A stretch of 64,000 nucleotides of DNA from an uncultured bacterium (GTDB taxonomy: Bacteria > Chloroflexota > Dormibacteria > Aeolococcales > Aeolococcaceae), in NCBI GenBank assembly GCA_963716555.1, contig CAVQTJ010000018.1:263530-327529 (forward strand), in the 5' to 3' direction. Below the pieces are notes generated by a model. The model was given only the letters and a program-made list of their open reading frames with translations. It did no database searches and had not been told where the DNA came from. The translations under genes were made by a program, and so were the position numbers. This document shows positions 53,186 to 61,554 of the stretch, one piece after another. Each line of letters starts with the position of its first letter. The first letter of the stretch is position 1.

Positions 53186-53437
53186 TTACGCTGCTCGGAC
53201 GACCCGTCCGACAGTGACCTTCACCGCTCCGACCAACTCGCCGCTCGGCGTCCGCATCTGAAGGGACGGGACGGGGAGCCCATTGCGGACACAGTGTTCC
53301 AAGATCGCCATACCGTGGACCCGGCAGAAAGGGCGACGCTCGCCCACTGTGGCGCCGCCGGGACGGAGGTGGATGAGATCGGCGACCGCAGGTTCCTCGC
53401 AGTTCGGAGCGTCGCGCCAGTCGCACCGCGGGGTCAT
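53186..53437 (-). CDS. Small Cys/His (putative Zn-binding) protein, paralog 2
   Basis: MTPRCDWRDAPNCEEP...RRPFCRVHGMAILEHC; ATGA overlap with the upstream paralog. Confidence 0.6.
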   Translation of the reverse strand: MTPRCDWRDAPNCEEPAVADLIHLRPGGATVGERRPFCRVHGMAILEHCVRNGLPVPSLQMRTPSGELVGAVKVTVGRVVRAA

Positions 53438-53679
53438 GATGCGACCAAACGCCAGCCGTAGGGCTCGGTCGTTGCCACGGGGGGCGGGCCAGTGCCCAAG
53501 GCGGTCAGTTCGGTGGGCTCTGCGACCGCGGAACCAGCCAGAGCGCAAAAGTTCAGGACGACCACCGCATGGCTGTGGCAGAGCAGCCGGCGCCCTCCGG
53601 CGCAGGGTGGAAAGATGAGCTCGATCGTCGAGGGCCGCTGACATCGAGCCCTTCCGCCCATCCAATCGCAAGCCACCAT
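53434..53679 (-). CDS. Small Cys/His (putative Zn-binding) protein, paralog 1
   Basis: MVACDWMGGRARCQRP...RRLLCHSHAVVVLNFC. Confidence 0.6.
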   Translation of the reverse strand: MVACDWMGGRARCQRPSTIELIFPPCAGGRRLLCHSHAVVVLNFCALAGSAVAEPTELTALGTGPPPVATTEPYGWRLVAS

Positions 53680-54036
53680 GGGATCGATTGACCCACAGAA
53701 GTCATCCTCGGCACCAGGGCCAAATGGCTCCTCGGTCGAGGGACCGGCGGCGCTGCTTCATCGGCCGAGGTGGTGATCGGTAGGACGGGAGCCTATTGAT
53801 CAGCTCGCTCAGACTGACGCCGAAGTCGCCGGCCTCTGGGCGGTCGGCCTCCTCACAGCGTGGTTCTGCTCCAACCGGGACGTCAGGCAGACGATCCGCG
53901 CCGGCCTCGCCACCGGCTATTGGATGTCCGCGGACTATCGCTGGTGGTCGGATGCGCGGCCTCATAGAGGGAGGATCATGGAACGGGGGCCGGGTAACCA
54001 GGCGCGTCAAGTGGTCGACACCTACGGAGGAGAGAT

Positions 54037-54414
54037 ATGCCCAGGGATTGCGTGACCACTGCCGCGGCCCCGAAGTCGCCGGCCTACAGCCAAGCTGTGA
54101 AAGCCGCGGGCCTGGTGTTCGTCTCCGGCCAGGCGGCCTTCGATCCCGCCACCGGCGAGCTTGCCGGCACCACCGTCCAGGAGCAGACGCGCCAGTGTTT
54201 GAAAAACGTGTCAGCGATCTTGGATGCCGCGGGGAGCTCAGTGGACAACATCGTGAGCGCCACGTTCATCCTGCGCGACCCCGAGGACTTTGCGGAGATG
54301 AATGAGGAGTGGCGGGCGTGGTTTCCGACGGACCCGCCCGCCAGGCAAGGTGCGAAGCTCCCGATTGACGTGGCTGGTCTCTGTGTGTCGATTGCCGTTA
54401 TCGCGAAGGCGTGA
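54037..54414 (+). CDS. RidA/YjgF family protein
   Basis: GGAGGAG SD; YSQAV, VFVSGQ, EQTRQCLKN, DFAEMN and PPAR motifs. Confidence 0.9.
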   Translation: MPRDCVTTAAAPKSPAYSQAVKAAGLVFVSGQAAFDPATGELAGTTVQEQTRQCLKNVSAILDAAGSSVDNIVSATFILRDPEDFAEMNEEWRAWFPTDPPARQGAKLPIDVAGLCVSIAVIAKA

Positions 54415-54631
54415 GGCACAGCGGCCCCGGGCGGCGTGAGGCACCCCGACAGAGAGGTTCGGCCTTTCCGGATTCACGGCGCCCGAACCCAGGGTCGCTC
54501 AGGCCGGATGAGCCAGACCCGCCCAAGCGGCGAGAGGGGAGGTCCGAGCCAGCTCCCGACGACGTGATCGAGCAGCTGGTCCCGGCAGAACGATGAGGGC
54601 GGCGGTCGCAAAGGCGACCGCGACGGTGCCT

Positions 54632-55111
54632 TCAGCGCACTGCCTTTTTCACAAGCGCGGTGATCTTGGCCTCTTCGGTGGCGGTCAACTTGCTGAGCGC
54701 GTACTGAATCGGCCACATGGCGCCGTCGTCGATTTTCGCCTTGTCGCTGAAGCCGAGCGTTTGGTATCTGACTTTGAACTTCCCTGCGTTCTGGAAGTAA
54801 CAGATCACATTGCCGTCCTTGGCGTATGCGGGCATTCCGTACCACGTTTTCGGGGTGAGAGCCGGTGCCGCGGCTGTGATCAGTGCGTGGACCTTCTTGG
54901 CAATGGCGCGATCCGGCTCCTGCATCCTGGCGATGGCCGCAAGCAGCTCCGCCTTCCCATCCGCCTTGGCCGCCTCGGCCTTGAGCTCCCGGACACGCTC
55001 GCGCGCCGCCGCCTTTTCTTCGGCGCTGAATCCCGAGGATGCCGTGCCGTTCGCGCTGGTGCGATTCGCACGTTTCGGTGTGCTTTTGCTCGCCGTTTTG
55101 GTTGGGGCCAT
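54632..55111 (-). CDS. DUF1801 (YdhG-like) domain protein
   Basis: AGGAG SD; PKTWYGMPAYAKDG and KFKVRYQTLGFSD motifs. Confidence 0.85.
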   Translation of the reverse strand: MAPTKTASKSTPKRANRTSANGTASSGFSAEEKAAARERVRELKAEAAKADGKAELLAAIARMQEPDRAIAKKVHALITAAAPALTPKTWYGMPAYAKDGNVICYFQNAGKFKVRYQTLGFSDKAKIDDGAMWPIQYALSKLTATEEAKITALVKKAVR

Positions 55112-55827
55112 ACTTCGCGCTCCTGTTCGAGAGTTGACGAGAACGATCTTCAGTCTATTGCCACATTGGCTGGCAACGCTGGTGCGCCCCGTGGTGGTGG
55201 AAATGCGACGCTGGCCCCGGACGACTGGCCGGGTCGCACGGTCCCTGCGACCCGGGCGGCAAAGCCGGGCACGGCGACCCCTGGCGGATCGGTCCTGAAG
55301 AGGTTGTGGCCGAGCGCGAGATCAATCTGACGGCCCTGCAGAGAGACCAACGGCCTGCCCAGCGCTATTACCGCCAGCCGACCCGCGGTTGGCCCTCGAA
55401 CCGCCGCTTGAGGCACGATTGGTTCGCGTGACCGCGGTGGACCCTGATGACGACACCATTCGGCGCCACGTGGTTCGTAGGTAAGCCGACGCTCCCCAGC
55501 GCCGCGAACGGCGCCACCGCGTCGTAGCTGCCTTCGATGATGAGGTGGAGTCCCGCAGGCTCGCCCTCGTCAGGGCCGGCCTCCGGGCCCACAGCCTGGA
55601 GCAGTGCCGCGCGGTGGCGGCAGGAGCACGCGCGGGGAACACCCCGGAGGAGGCTCGCGGGCTGGCTCGAGCGGCTCTGCCCACGCTGGCCGGCCTCGCA
55701 CTCCGAGTTTGCCGCTCGGACTCTGCGCCACACCGGTCGCTGGCCGGAGCCGCCATCGCAGCTACCCGTCCGCCGGCCGCGGCGCCACCGCCCGGCCTGC
55801 CGCGAGGACCGCACGTACACTACCCAG

Positions 55828-58033
55828 GTGGCCGCTCCCGCTGGCGCCGCTCCGATCCCGCTGCGGGAGCCGCACCGCGGTCGAATAGCTGAGGCCGCTG
55901 CTCAGCTCCGGCCTGTCTGGTCGCGGGCGGCCGGCTTGCGCGCCCTGCGCGCGACGCTGGTCATCCCGGCGCTGTTCGCCCTCACCAGCGAGGTGCTGGG
56001 CAATCTTCAGATGGCCACCTTCGCGGCCTTCGGCGGATTCGCCACCCTGGTGATGGTCGGGTTCGGCGGCAGCCGTCGCGACAAGCTCGTCGCCCATCTC
56101 GTCATGGCGCTGGCCGGCAGCGTGCTCCTGGTGATCGGCACGGCGGCGAGCTCGACGGCGGCACTGGCCGCGGCGGTGACCCTGCCGGTCGTCTTCTGCG
56201 TCCTCTTCGCCGGCATCATCGGGCCCAACGTCGCCTCGGCGTCCACCGCGCTCCTGCTCATCTATGTGCTGCCGGCTGCCTCACCCGGGACCCTCGAGAT
56301 GATCCCGGCACGGCTCGCCGGATGGTGGCTCGCCTCGGTGGCGGGCACCGTCGCGGTCCTGGTGCTGGCGCCGCGGCCCGCCGGCGACCGCCTGCGATCT
56401 GCCGCCGCCGCATCGGCGACGGCGCTCGCCGATGAGCTTCAGGCCGCCCTCGGCGGCTCGCTGACCGCGGCGCACACCAAGGCGGCGGTGGCGGCCAAGC
56501 ACGCCCTGATGACCGCGTTCACCTCGGCTCCCTACCGTCCCACCGGCCTCGCCGTCACCGACCAGGCGCTCGCCAACCTGATCGAGGACCTGGAGTGGTG
56601 CGCCGCCCTGATCGATGACACGGTTCGGGAGGGCACCGACCTCACCGCGATCGCGGCGATCGACCAACGCCTGCTCGGCGAGGCGGCGGGGGTGCTGCGC
56701 GACACCGCTCGGGTCCTGGAGGGAGCCGGTGCACGTCCCCGCCTCGACGAGCTGGAGGAGAGCGCCCGCGACGCCAGCATCGCCGCGCTCAGCCACGGCG
56801 ACTCCCCCACCGAGTTCGGCGGCGCATGTCTCCTTCCACTCGCGCATGGTGGCCGCGGCCGCTCGTACCGCCGCCACCGACGCCCTGATCGCGGCGCGAC
56901 GAGTGGGTCCCGGAGTTGTCGGGGCCGAGCGGGTGCGGTGGCATGGCTCTCTCGACACCCAGCCCGAGCCCGCCGGGCGCAGCGCGTTGGTCGACACCGC
57001 TCGCCGACTGGTGAGCGGCAACGCCAGCCTGCGATCGGTCTGGTTACTGAACTGCGCCCGCGGCGCGCTGGCGCTGGCCGCCGCCGTGGCCATCGCTGAT
57101 CTGACCAACGTGCAGCATGGCTTCTGGGTGGTGCTCGGTGCCCTGTCGGTGCTTCGCACCAGCGCAGCGTCGACCGGAGCCACCGCGCTGCGCGCGATTG
57201 GAGGCACCGTGCTCGGGTTCTTCATCGGCGCGGGCCTCATCCTCGCCATCGGCACCAATACGGCGGCGCTGTGGGCCGCCCTGCCGTTCGCCATCCTGGT
57301 GGCCTCGTACACGCCAGGCACCGCTCCCTTCGCGATCGGTCAGGCAGCCTTCACCGTGAATCTCAGCGTCCTCTACAACATCCTGGTGCCGATCGGGTGG
57401 AAGGTCGGGGTGGTTCGGGTCGAAGATGTCGCCATCGGCGCCGCGGTGAGCGCGGTGGTCGGCGTGCTCTTCTGGCCGCGGGGGGCGACCTCGGTTGTGG
57501 GCGACGACCTCGCCGAGGCCTTTCATCGTGGCGGCATCTATCTGGTGCAGGCGACGGCATGGGCGCTCGGGTTGCGGGCTTCGAGGCCGGACGCGGGCGC
57601 GTCGGTGGTGCGGGCGGGCGTCCGGCTGGATGATGGCCTGAGAGCGCTGCTGACCGAGCAGGGGACCAGGCGGGTGCCGAAGGAGCAGCTGTGGCGGCTG
57701 GTCGGGGGCGCCATGCGCCTGCGCCTCACCGCCCAGTCGTTGGCCGGGATGCCTCGACCCGATGCGCCGCCCGAGCCCACCCCGCGCGCCCTGGTCGAGG
57801 AGGCCATCCGGCTGGCCGGTCTGTATGACGACCTCGCCTCACGGCTGGGGCGGACACCGCCGTCGGTGGCCCGCGAGCTGGCGGGCCTTCCGGACGCCCC
57901 GTCGCCCTCAGGCGACCATGGCCTTGCCCTCTGGGTCAGCCAGCACCTCGACCACGTCAGGACGAATCTGATCGATCTGGTCGAGCCGGCGACGCTGGTT
58001 GCGGAGCGGCGCGCCCTGGCCTGGTGGCGCTGA
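55828..58033 (+). CDS. FUSC family membrane protein; 1-nt frameshift at ~56790-56825
   Basis: ATFAAFGGFA N-terminal TM block; in the second frame QHGFWVVLGALSVLR, RAIGGTVLG and RVEDVAIG; TACACT 6 nt before GTG 55828. Confidence 0.85.
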
Positions 58034-58075
58034 GGCACGCCGCCGGCTGACCGCCACCCGCCCGGGTGGGCCGGG

Positions 58076-58104
58076 TTGAAGATCGAACATCAGTTCGGTA
58101 CACT
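58076..58104 (+). promoter_or_regulatory. SOS promoter with LexA box
   Basis: TTGAAG (58076-58081), 17-nt spacer, TACACT (58099-58104); CGAAC-ATCA-GTTCG (58084-58097) lies in the spacer. Confidence 0.9.
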
Positions 58105-58170
58105 GGTTCCCCGGCCGCGCTCTCGCCCATGTCATCCCTCCGAGCCGGGAGCACCAAAGGCGAAGGAGCG

Positions 58171-59025
58171 ATGCCCACCCCTCTGTCCCAGGCCCTGGCG
58201 ACGCTGCGGCGGCGGCACGGCGACGGCGTGATCCGGCCGGGCGCCACCCTGGGCGGGGTCGAGGCCTGGCCGACCGGCATCCCGGCCCTCGACCACCGGC
58301 TCACTCCCGGAGGGCTGCCCCTCGGCCGGGTCAGCCTGCTGGCCGCCGCCACACCGGGGGCGAGCGGCCGGCTGACCCTGCTCCAGGCGCTGGCCGCCGC
58401 CGCCAGCCGGGAGCGACCCACCGTCTATGTCGACCTCACCGGCGGACTGGACCCCGGGTTCCTCGCCGACCTCGACGCCGATCTCGCCTCGCTGCTGGTG
58501 ATCCGGCCGCCATCGGGCCGCTGGGGGGAGGGTCTCTCCATGGCCCGGAGCCTGGTGGCCGCCGGCGCTCCCTGGATCGCCGTCGCGCTACCCGCGGCGG
58601 GAACTGCCGCTCCGCCCGTGGCGGGAGCTTGGTCCGCGCCCCCTGATCAGCCGAGGCGGTCGCGTCCCCAGGCCGATCCCGGCTGGGAGCATCGCCTCAC
58701 CGGGCTGGTCGAGGTGGTCGCCGCCCGCCGGGCGGTCTGCCTGATCTCCACCGCGATGCCGCCGCCGGCCCTGGGTCATGCCGCCTCGCTGACCCTGGAA
58801 TGCGCAGCCGCCGGCTGGCAGGAGGCCCATGGCGACGTGGTCGGCCTGCGCACCCGCCTCACCGTGGTCAAGAGCAAGGTCGGTGCCCCGGGCGACATGG
58901 CTCAAATCCTGCTCCGCTACCCTCGCCCCTTCGCCGCCGCCGGGGCGGTGGCGCGGCCGGCGGTGGTGGACCTGCCCGCCCCCGAGACCGCGGCCGTCGC
59001 CAGCCTCGCGAAGGTGGCGGGATGA
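58171..59025 (+). CDS. imuA: ImuA-like (degenerate RecA-fold) mutasome accessory protein
   Basis: WPTGIPALD, GGLPLGRV, degenerate P-loop GASGRLTL, LTVVKSKVGAPG; first gene after the LexA box, upstream of imuB and dnaE2. Confidence 0.8.
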   Translation: MPTPLSQALATLRRRHGDGVIRPGATLGGVEAWPTGIPALDHRLTPGGLPLGRVSLLAAATPGASGRLTLLQALAAAASRERPTVYVDLTGGLDPGFLADLDADLASLLVIRPPSGRWGEGLSMARSLVAAGAPWIAVALPAAGTAAPPVAGAWSAPPDQPRRSRPQADPGWEHRLTGLVEVVAARRAVCLISTAMPPPALGHAASLTLECAAAGWQEAHGDVVGLRTRLTVVKSKVGAPGDMAQILLRYPRPFAAAGAVARPAVVDLPAPETAAVASLAKVAG

Positions 59026-60404
59026 GCCAGATGCGGGTGCTCTGCGCCCGCCATCCCCACCTCGCCCTGGTCGCCGCCTGGAGGCGCCATCCCGAGCTGA
59101 GGGCCGAGCCGGTGGTCATCGGCGGAGCCCCCGAGCTCCGGTTGCCGGTCATCGCCGCGTCGGCCCCGGCCATGGCCGCGGGAGTCCGGCCCGGCCAGCC
59201 GCTGCGCGAGGCCCAGCAGCGCTGCCCCGCCGCCGCCTTCGTGGCCGCCGACGAGGCGGCGGTGGAGCAACTCCGCGCGGAGCTGCTCAGCCTGCTCTGC
59301 GGGCTCGCCCCCAGCGCCGAGGTTGGGGACGAGACCGCCTGGTGCGATCTCACCGGCCGCCATGCTGCTCACTCCGACGAGGCCGCCTGGGCGGTGGCGA
59401 TCGCCCGCGGTCTCGCCGGTCAGCTTGGCGATGACGTCGCGGTCGGAGTTGCGGCCTCACGCCTGGTGGCGGAGGTCGCCGCCCGGCAGGCGGGACTGAG
59501 ACGCATCCGCCGGGTCGCACCCGGCGAGGAAGCTGCCTTTCTGGCCCCGCTGCCGCTCAGCGTGCTCCCCATCGATCCGGCCATCGCCTCCCGGCTGGCG
59601 GCGCTGGGTCTGGATTGCGCCGGGGCGGTCGCCGGCCTCTCCGCCGCCGACCTGCAGCGCCAGTTCGGGCCGGCCGGCCTGGAGCTCTGGCGCCGAGCCC
59701 GGGGCGAGGAGGGGAGGGGGGAGGGGCAACCGGCCCAACGGCCCGACCAGCCGGGCTCGCGGCAGCACCTGGGGGAGCGGCTGATCCTCGAGGGTGGCGT
59801 GGGTGACCTGGAGGCGCTGCGCTTCGCCGTCCACCGGGTGGCCATGGGAGTGGGGGAGCGGCTGCGCGACCGCGGCTTCCGGGCGGCGGCGGTCACCCTG
59901 ATCTGCGAGCTGGAGGCGGCTGAGCCGGTGGGGCTGCGCACCATCCCGGCGCAGCCGCCGGGAGCTGGAGCGGAGCTGTGGCCGGTGGCCCTGGAGCTGC
60001 TCGCCGGGTTGCGCCTGCCGGCCCCGGTGACCGCCGTCCGCCTGGAGGTCCAGGGGCTGGAGCCGGGGGCCGGCCGCCAGGTCGACCTCTGGCGCGGGGA
60101 TGCCGCCGCCGAGGAGATCAGCGGCGCCGCCTCTCGGTTGCGCGCCCGCTTCGGTGCGGCGGCGGTGCGGCGGGCCGAGCTGGCCGTCGATCCCGGCGAC
60201 CTGCCCGAGCGGCGCTTTCGCTGGGCGGAGCCGGTGATGGAAGCCGCGACCGCCGGTTCCCGCGGGGGTCCGGCGGCGGCCTTCCCGGCCGGTGATGCAG
60301 CTCGGCGGCGGGGAGCGGAGGTGTCAGGAGGCCGCGAGTGGCGCTCCAAGGCGGGCACGGAGGGCGACGTGGTGGCGACGGGGATGCCGGCACTGCGGCG
60401 ATGA
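59022..60404 (+). CDS. imuB: ImuB, Y-family polymerase-like scaffold lacking the catalytic acidic motifs
   Basis: VIAASAPA..AGVRPGQPLREA..RCP, FLAPLPLSVL, QRQFG and clamp-like RQVDLW; ATGA overlap with imuA. Confidence 0.85.
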   Translation: MSQMRVLCARHPHLALVAAWRRHPELRAEPVVIGGAPELRLPVIAASAPAMAAGVRPGQPLREAQQRCPAAAFVAADEAAVEQLRAELLSLLCGLAPSAEVGDETAWCDLTGRHAAHSDEAAWAVAIARGLAGQLGDDVAVGVAASRLVAEVAARQAGLRRIRRVAPGEEAAFLAPLPLSVLPIDPAIASRLAALGLDCAGAVAGLSAADLQRQFGPAGLELWRRARGEEGRGEGQPAQRPDQPGSRQHLGERLILEGGVGDLEALRFAVHRVAMGVGERLRDRGFRAAAVTLICELEAAEPVGLRTIPAQPPGAGAELWPVALELLAGLRLPAPVTAVRLEVQGLEPGAGRQVDLWRGDAAAEEISGAASRLRARFGAAAVRRAELAVDPGDLPERRFRWAEPVMEAATAGSRGGPAAAFPAGDAARRRGAEVSGGREWRSKAGTEGDVVATGMPALRR

Positions 60405-60452
60405 GCGCAGAAGGCGATGAACGGTGATGAGGATCAATAAAGGGAACGTGCG

Positions 60453-60701
60453 ATCACCGAGCTGCTGAGCGGCGTCGCCGAGGTCCGCATCGACCAGACC
60501 GGCGGCCTTCGCGCCGTCCGCCTGGCCGGGCGCTGGCGGATGGTGAGCCGGGTGGCCAACCGCTGGGTGGTGGAGACCGACTGGTGGCGCACCGCGGTCC
60601 GCCGTCACTACCTCCGCCTGCTCCTCGACCGGGACCAGTGCGTTGAGCTCTACCACGACCTGGAGACCGGCGAGTGGCACTGGTCCCGCCGCTATGACTG
60701 A
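60453..60701 (+). CDS. DUF6504-like small protein of imu cassettes (start codon unclear)
   Basis: Manual translation ITELLSG...NRWVVETDWWRTAVRRHYLRL...GEWHWSRRYD*; nearest GTG (60448) is out of frame. Confidence 0.7.
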   Translation: MTELLSGVAEVRIDQTGGLRAVRLAGRWRMVSRVANRWVVETDWWRTAVRRHYLRLLLDRDQCVELYHDLETGEWHWSRRYD

Positions 60702-60720
60702 GGAGGCCACTCGCCTCGAC

Positions 60721-61134
60721 TCAGTCCGGGAGCAGGGTGAGGTGCCGGCAGTGGCGCGGACGGACCACCGAGAAGTCACGGCGATCGAGGGTGGCGACCC
60801 GGGTCTCTCCGAGGCGCTCAGCAAGGGCGACCACCGAAGCGTCGACGAACCCGAGGCCCAGGTCGGCATAGGCGAGCTCCAGCTCGGCAGCTCGCGCGAG
60901 GTCGGCGTCCGTGGGATGGACCACGCGGTATGCGCCCGCCGCGACATCGGCGATGAAGTCCGCCCAGGCGCGAGGGCCGACGAGCTTGACCAGCCAGTAG
61001 TCCACCTCGACCAGCACCGGGCCGGGTACCACGAGATCCTCGCCGCTCTGCAGAAGAGGGGCGCAGCGCCGGTGGTTGGCATCGCCCCCGTTCAGCGTGG
61101 CGACGATCGGTCCGGCGTCCAGGAGCAGGGCCAT
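60721..61134 (-). CDS. vapC: VapC PIN-domain toxin
   Basis: LLLDAG, VLVEVDY, LGFVDASVVALAERL and ATLDRRDF motifs. Confidence 0.92.
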   Translation of the reverse strand: MALLLDAGPIVATLNGGDANHRRCAPLLQSGEDLVVPGPVLVEVDYWLVKLVGPRAWADFIADVAAGAYRVVHPTDADLARAAELELAYADLGLGFVDASVVALAERLGETRVATLDRRDFSVVRPRHCRHLTLLPD

Positions 61135-61370
61135 CAGGAGCTGAGGGGCCGAGCCGCCGGATTCTCCTGCTCCATCGCGCTGGCGATATCGAAGTCGACG
61201 TGGAAGGTGGCCACCCTTGGCCGCCGGTGGCGACGCAGCTCCTGGGCACGCTCGGATACCAGCTCTCCCAGCGCGCGGCTGAGGGAGATCCCCCGCGAAC
61301 GGGCGTCATCAGCGAGCACCGCCAGATCGTCGTCCCCTGCCGCCACGGTGGTCCTCCTGATTCCGGCCAT
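61134..61370 (-). CDS. vapB: VapB-like antitoxin (RHH/CopG-type)
   Basis: RRTTV...LA.LADDARSRGISLS ribbon-helix-helix pattern; TGATG coupling to vapC. Confidence 0.8.
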   Translation of the reverse strand: MAGIRRTTVAAGDDDLAVLADDARSRGISLSRALGELVSERAQELRRHRRPRVATFHVDFDIASAMEQENPAARPLSS

Positions 61371-61377
61371 GGTGATG

Positions 61378-61406
61378 ATGATGCTGCATCAGATGCATCC
61401 GCGCAA
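61378..61406 (-). promoter_or_regulatory. vapBC promoter with palindromic operator
   Basis: TTGCGC-N17-CATCAT ending 7 nt before the vapB ATG; palindrome TGCATC-A-GATGCA (61385-61397) in the spacer. Confidence 0.6.
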
Positions 61407-61554
61407 GTCGCCCAACCTCGCGGGGGCGGTGCTAGAGGGGGATGCAGGGGAGGGGGGCCGCCGGCCGAGGGGGACCGGCGACCCGGGGAACAGCGCTGCT
61501 CTTCTCTGCTGATGCAGAAAAACTAACTGGAATAGTTACACAGATCTGTCGACC

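Noticed and set aside
53820-54085. 16-bp direct repeat CCGAAGTCGCCGGCCT at 53820 and 54070
   Set aside because: One copy is inside the RidA coding sequence, nothing mobile lies between them, and chance matches are plausible in GC-rich DNA
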